Positions 59,674-64,000 of a DNA stretch of 64,000 bases are shown here, piece after piece (the first letter of the stretch is position 1; every line of letters starts with the position of its first letter). Below the pieces are notes generated by a model. It did not search any database. It had not been told where the DNA came from and saw nothing but the letters and a program-made list of their open reading frames with translations. The stretch comes from Nitrososphaeraceae archaeon (GTDB lineage Archaea > Thermoproteota > Nitrososphaeria > Nitrososphaerales > Nitrososphaeraceae): the NCBI GenBank assembly GCA_035297365.1, contig DATGZA010000075.1, forward strand, positions 1-64,000, given 5' to 3'. The position numbers and the translations under genes are program-made.

Positions 59674-59896
59674 TCTTAATCCATAATAGAATTGATTTTG
59701 CAAAGTTAAGATATATCTCTAGCGCTGTTTTTAATTTGTATAATGTTTTGTATTTGGTTATCACAACCGGCTTCTAAGAAAATACAACAAATAGAATAAT
59801 ATTTGGTACATAGTTCAATTTTTCATCAAAAAATAATGCCTCTAATGATTTAATTTTAGGTAAGAATTAATGATAAAACTATAAAAATCCTCTAGA

Positions 59897-60830
59897 TGTT
59901 GTCCTAACAGGAGTTGCAATTTCGTCTACCAATATAGGTAACGATTCCTAATCTCCCCAGGAGGTATATAAAAATGAGTTACAAACAGAATTCAATTTAT
60001 TTCAAGAGAAATAATTGAATGGATATATAATAACTGATATCTGTAAAGATATAATACGTTTACAGATAGATTAGAGGTGGTAGAACAGGTACCTAAACTA
60101 TAGAATAGATGATCTACTGGAATAGAATTGGGAACCACATAAAATACAACCTGTAAAATTAAAAGAGCAGAAACAGCATATACTGCATTCACTGATCAAA
60201 TGATTTGGTTGAAATTGCATAAGATCGGATTAAACTAACGCTATATTGAAGATACTGAAAAGACATCTAATAACTTCCCGGAATGCAGGATCAGCAACAG
60301 AAAATCAAAAATTAAGATGAAGGAACCGATTCAGATGATACGCATGAATATTTTAGGTCCATTTAACATGAGAATTCGGCTCAAAAAACAATTTTCTTAG
60401 TTGTGAGGATGATTCTTCAAGAAAGATATCAAGTGTGGTGTCTGAAAGGCAGAGAGTAGATGTTTCAAATGTAATCGAATACTACATTTTAGAAAATGGT
60501 GAACCTGAAAAGATAACGCATATAATGGTAAACAGTTTAAACCTGAAATATTCAGGCTTTTTCTGGAAAACAAAATATAAATGATAAATTAATTCCAAAA
60601 GGTTATCCACAAATATATGGAAAGATAGAAGGATAAAATAAGATAGTTAAAAACGTATTTTTGGCAGTAAAAAATATTCCCAATAGGAAAGAAGGAAATA
60701 AAATCAGTTTCATGTTGTATTCAATGGTCACATACCATTTGAAATGTTTCTTATGAAAGAAAGATTAAATAATTCCAGTGATAGCAAGAAAGTTAAGCAG
60801 AAAAAACGTGTCACTCGTGTAGACAAGTGC
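59897..60830 (+). mobile_element. Decayed IS481-like (rve/DDE) transposase pseudogene
   Basis: Fragments YILENGEPEKI..NGKQF and IPKGYPQIYGKIEG*NKIVKN (cf. PQ.NGK.ER); loosely inverted ends TTGTCCTAACAGGAGTTGCA and TGTCACTCGTGTAGACAA. Confidence 0.7.
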
Positions 60831-61507
60831 ATCTTTTACCTGCCTATGGAAGTACAACATTTAGATAAAGGGCTATTTAATCTGGAATTTATCAAACATA
60901 GAAATTTACACACTGAAGTTTATTAATTTATATCGTAATAAACTTGGACAAATCTCTAGATGACTTGTTCATTCTTATATTGTCTAGAAAACAATTGTGA
61001 AATTTTTGTAATTTAGGAAAATTGAACTAACAACAACGACTAGAAGTATCATGAATCGCAGTCTAGCAGCCATAACTGCAAAAAACATAAAAAATAAATC
61101 GAGAGTTTTGAGAATTAGAAAAACATAATAAGAAAAATTCCAGATACGCTTGATTAAAATGTTCTAATAATAAAGTAATAATACTGAAAACAAACAAGGA
61201 TGGATGTCATTAAATAATCCTTTAAATGACTATAGCCTTAATTCTCAAAAAATTAGCCAATAAATCTCGAAATATTAGACATAGGTATGCAACACAAATA
61301 AATACATTAAGCCAAAAAATATCATAAAAATAATAAGGAAGGAAGGAGGATTGTTTAAAAATCTTATATATTATTTTACAAGTATTTATAGCTACTAACA
61401 GATTTATAAAAAAAATCCCAAGAATTATCTTCATAAATGACGCCCATTTTAATATGAATAGAATATATATTACAAAAATTAAAATTTTCTTGAACGCTTC
61501 TGAGTTT

Positions 61508-61582
61508 GCCGGAGTGGCTCAGCTTGGTTAGAGCGTTCGACTCATAATCGAAAGGTCGCGGGCTCGAATCCCGTCTCCGGCA
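61508..61582 (+). tRNA. tRNA-Met(CAU), elongator type
   Basis: GCCGGAG/CTCCGGC-A; anticodon arm TTCGA-CTCATAA-TCGAA; T arm GCGGG-CTCGAAT-CCCGT; lacks initiator A1:U72 and the GGG/CCC stem; followed by T8. Confidence 0.93.
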
Positions 61583-61799
61583 TTTTTTTTAAAAAACGAT
61601 AGAATTTAAAAATCTTTTAATAACGACTAAAGAATTATAAATTTTAAATATATAAATAAAGACAAAGTAAAATATAACACTAATTTCAAAAGCGCAATAG
61701 AGCTGAACTTGCGTTTATTGAATCTCTCTTTGAAACTACCACAAATTTAAATCAATATTAACTATTTATTATTTATCAATACCACCAAATAGAGAATAC

Positions 61800-62477
61800 A
61801 TGAGTGAAACAGCCAATCTTAGAACAAGTAAATTTTTGATCGTACTTATCTCTTTTATAGGGTTGACTTTTTTTGTTCATGGCGGAATAACTAATAACGT
61901 TGATAATTTAATAACTAAGATTTTTTACAATATTGGGGGACTCCATAATACGATTGATGTAATTGTAATCATCATCTCATCCCTGGGAGATCTTTTTGTA
62001 ATGCTAATAGTGGGATTAATTTTAACAATAATTAGAAGAACAAGGAGAATCGGACTGCTTGTATTGATTTCAATAGTTATCCTTTCAGTTTCAACGATGT
62101 ATATTAAACCGCTTGTAGGGAGATCTGCACCATTGGAACAATACGTACCTAAATTTCATTTACCTGATAAATATACTATCGAAAAAGACAGTATGATGCC
62201 AATTTCTAGAGACCTTTCATTTCCGTCGAATCACGCAGCTCGTGCTACTACTTTCATTATAATATTAGGTTTCTGGTTCAATGTTCAACGAAAGAGGAGT
62301 ATAGTTGGAAGAATATTATGGATATTTCCTCTAGCGATAGGATTCACGAGATTATACTTGCTTCAAAACTATTTGTTTGATGTAGTCGGGGGTTTGCTTT
62401 ATGGGATTATAGTTGGGTTAGTACTGTGTAGATTAATAAAATTAAACAGAATGTCAGAGATGAATAAATTTAACTAG
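61800..62477 (+). CDS. PAP2-family membrane phosphatase
   Basis: IK..VGR..P, SFPSNH, TRLYL..NY..DV.GG (the usual third-motif His is Asn). Confidence 0.85.
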   Translation: MSETANLRTSKFLIVLISFIGLTFFVHGGITNNVDNLITKIFYNIGGLHNTIDVIVIIISSLGDLFVMLIVGLILTIIRRTRRIGLLVLISIVILSVSTMYIKPLVGRSAPLEQYVPKFHLPDKYTIEKDSMMPISRDLSFPSNHAARATTFIIILGFWFNVQRKRSIVGRILWIFPLAIGFTRLYLLQNYLFDVVGGLLYGIIVGLVLCRLIKLNRMSEMNKFN

Positions 62478-62521
62478 AATTTTTTTTACCTAGTTTTTTA
62501 TTACACTCATTCTTCATGAAC

Positions 62522-62863
62522 CTATTTAGAATTCATGTGTTTCTCGTATATTTCAGAATTCAATAATAACCATCCATAATGTTGTGGGTCGTGGATGTAT
62601 TTTATATCTCTTAATATTACCTTGATCTTTCTTTTTCTCAATTCACCCAAAAAATATAATTGAATGTTCAATCCGATTTTTTTTGCATATCTATTATTTT
62701 TTTCATTACGAGGGATGAGGATTCTATAACTGAATCTATGTTCCTTTTCAAGTAAAATATAATCTTCTACCATGCTTTCAGTGATTTTATTTATATCTTC
62801 TTCATGAGACATATCTACTGTCTTATAAACAGGGAAATTTCTAAAAAAGAAAGAGTCATTCAT
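62522..62863 (-). CDS. Hypothetical protein
   Basis: 113-aa ATG ORF downstream of sufU. Confidence 0.65.
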   Translation of the reverse strand: MNDSFFFRNFPVYKTVDMSHEEDINKITESMVEDYILLEKEHRFSYRILIPRNEKNNRYAKKIGLNIQLYFLGELRKRKIKVILRDIKYIHDPQHYGWLLLNSEIYEKHMNSK

Positions 62864-62911
62864 AAATCGAAAATAGATATAATTTTTATTTGATATATTT
62901 TTATTTAGAAA

Positions 62912-63340
62912 TTAATAAAGATCCGAATCTTTCTCCAATTTTTGAGCTGTGTTTGGTTCTTTGTCCTCATAGTATTTGACCATACCCATCTTTAGAACCT
63001 TTAATGACAATAACGCACATTTTATCCTAGCTGGACCCAAATTTGTTAGGCCAATATTTTCTAAAATATCATCTTTAGAGATATCCTTTGCATTAGTTAA
63101 AGGTTTGTTAATAATCATCTCAGTCAGCATAGAAGCACTTGCTTGGCTAATTGCACACCCTCTCCCATCGAATTTTATATCTTGAATATTTCCATCTTTA
63201 ACCTTGAGATAAATATCAATTTGATCTCCACATAAAGGATTACTGTCGTGGATTACAACGTCAGCATCTTCTAGTTTTCCTTTATTTCGAGGATTTCTAT
63301 AATGATCTAATATAATTTCACGATAAATATCGTCACTCAA
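62912..63340 (-). CDS. sufU: SufU/IscU-type Fe-S scaffold or sulfur-transfer protein
   Basis: YREIILDHYRNPRN.G, NPLCGD, GCAISQASAS, RIKCA. Confidence 0.93.
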   Translation of the reverse strand: MSDDIYREIILDHYRNPRNKGKLEDADVVIHDSNPLCGDQIDIYLKVKDGNIQDIKFDGRGCAISQASASMLTEMIINKPLTNAKDISKDDILENIGLTNLGPARIKCALLSLKVLKMGMVKYYEDKEPNTAQKLEKDSDLY

Positions 63341-64000
63341 AGTCGAAACAACTTAATAGCTTTGCCTAACGCATTAATAAATATATTGATTTCCTCCTGG
63401 GTATTATAAATGTAGAAACTGGCTCTTGATGTAGCAGACACATCTAATTTTTCCATCAATATTTGGGCACAATGGTGTCCTGATCTAATTGCAATGCCAT
63501 TGTCGTTCAGGATAGTTGCAAGGTCGTGTGGATGAATATCACCCAAATTAAAAGATATAATGCCACCCCTTCTTGAAAGATTATCATCACCATATAATTT
63601 CATTCCCTTCAAACTTGACAGACACTCTAGAGCATACTTTGTCAGATCTAATTCGTGTCTACGAATATTATCCATACCGATTTTGTTCAAATAATCCAGA
63701 GCATGACTAAACCCTATTACATCTGCGATATTTGGGGTACCGCCCTCATATTTATAGGGTAAATCATTATACGTAGTTTCGTATTTATGAACTTCCTTAA
63801 TCATATCTCCACCGCCTATGAAAGGATTCATACATTCAAGAATCTCTTTTTTGGCATAAAGAACACCGACTCCCGTTGGTCCAAGCATTTTGTGTCCTGA
63901 GAAAGCAAGAAATTCACAATTTAAATCTGTAACATCAGTTCTAATATGAGGAACAGACTGTGCCCCGTCCACAAAAAATGGTATTCCAAATGAATGCGCA
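63337..64000 (-). CDS. sufS: Cysteine desulfurase SufS (5' end beyond the window)
   Basis: VDGAQ, FSGHKMLGPTG.G, EGGTP, HPHD, RSGHHCA, RASF. Confidence 0.96.
   Translation of the reverse strand, partial: AHSFGIPFFVDGAQSVPHIRTDVTDLNCEFLAFSGHKMLGPTGVGVLYAKKEILECMNPFIGGGDMIKEVHKYETTYNDLPYKYEGGTPNIADVIGFSHALDYLNKIGMDNIRRHELDLTKYALECLSSLKGMKLYGDDNLSRRGGIISFNLGDIHPHDLATILNDNGIAIRSGHHCAQILMEKLDVSATSRASFYIYNTQEEINIFINALGKAIKLFRL

Noticed and set aside
59992-61434. ORFs 59992-60192, 60744-60926 and 61222-61434
   Set aside because: Within or beside IS debris and low-complexity AT-rich DNA; no coding support.
61508-61582. Initiator tRNA-Met or tRNA-Ile2(CAU)
   Set aside because: It lacks A1:U72 and the three G:C anticodon-stem pairs of initiators. 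The GCC acceptor start fits elongator Met better than the GGG-type Ile acceptor, though Ile2 is not strictly excluded.

Overview
AT-rich archaeal chromosome segment. Type IB topoisomerase, rpS24e/rpS27ae, PriS/PriL, the mvk-ipk-fni-GGPPS cluster, CofG/CofH and BHB-intron tRNA together point to an ammonia-oxidising archaeon (Thaumarchaeota/Nitrososphaerales, Nitrosocosmicus-like; inference). It is mostly core genome: about 60 CDS, three tRNAs (Ala-GGC, Tyr-GUA with two introns, elongator Met-CAU) and two decayed IS relics (IS5-like, IS481-like). No CRISPR, provirus or intact mobile element is visible, and I cannot demonstrate a wholly new multi-gene system. Best leads: (1) a GrsA/B-like B12 radical SAM gene converging on a ferredoxin-NADP reductase near the isoprenoid genes; (2) a two-intron tRNA-Tyr; (3) C54 T-loops in two tRNAs alongside a degenerate Pus10; (4) a half-size DOHH-like HEAT protein; (5) a (GSVEDT)n repeat extension on rpS2; (6) a GATase/C39-TPR/ThiI-like cluster with eroded active sites; (7) a frameshift-split Cys/His-rich ORF missed by the ORF track. 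Protein calls rest on motif recognition, not database searches.
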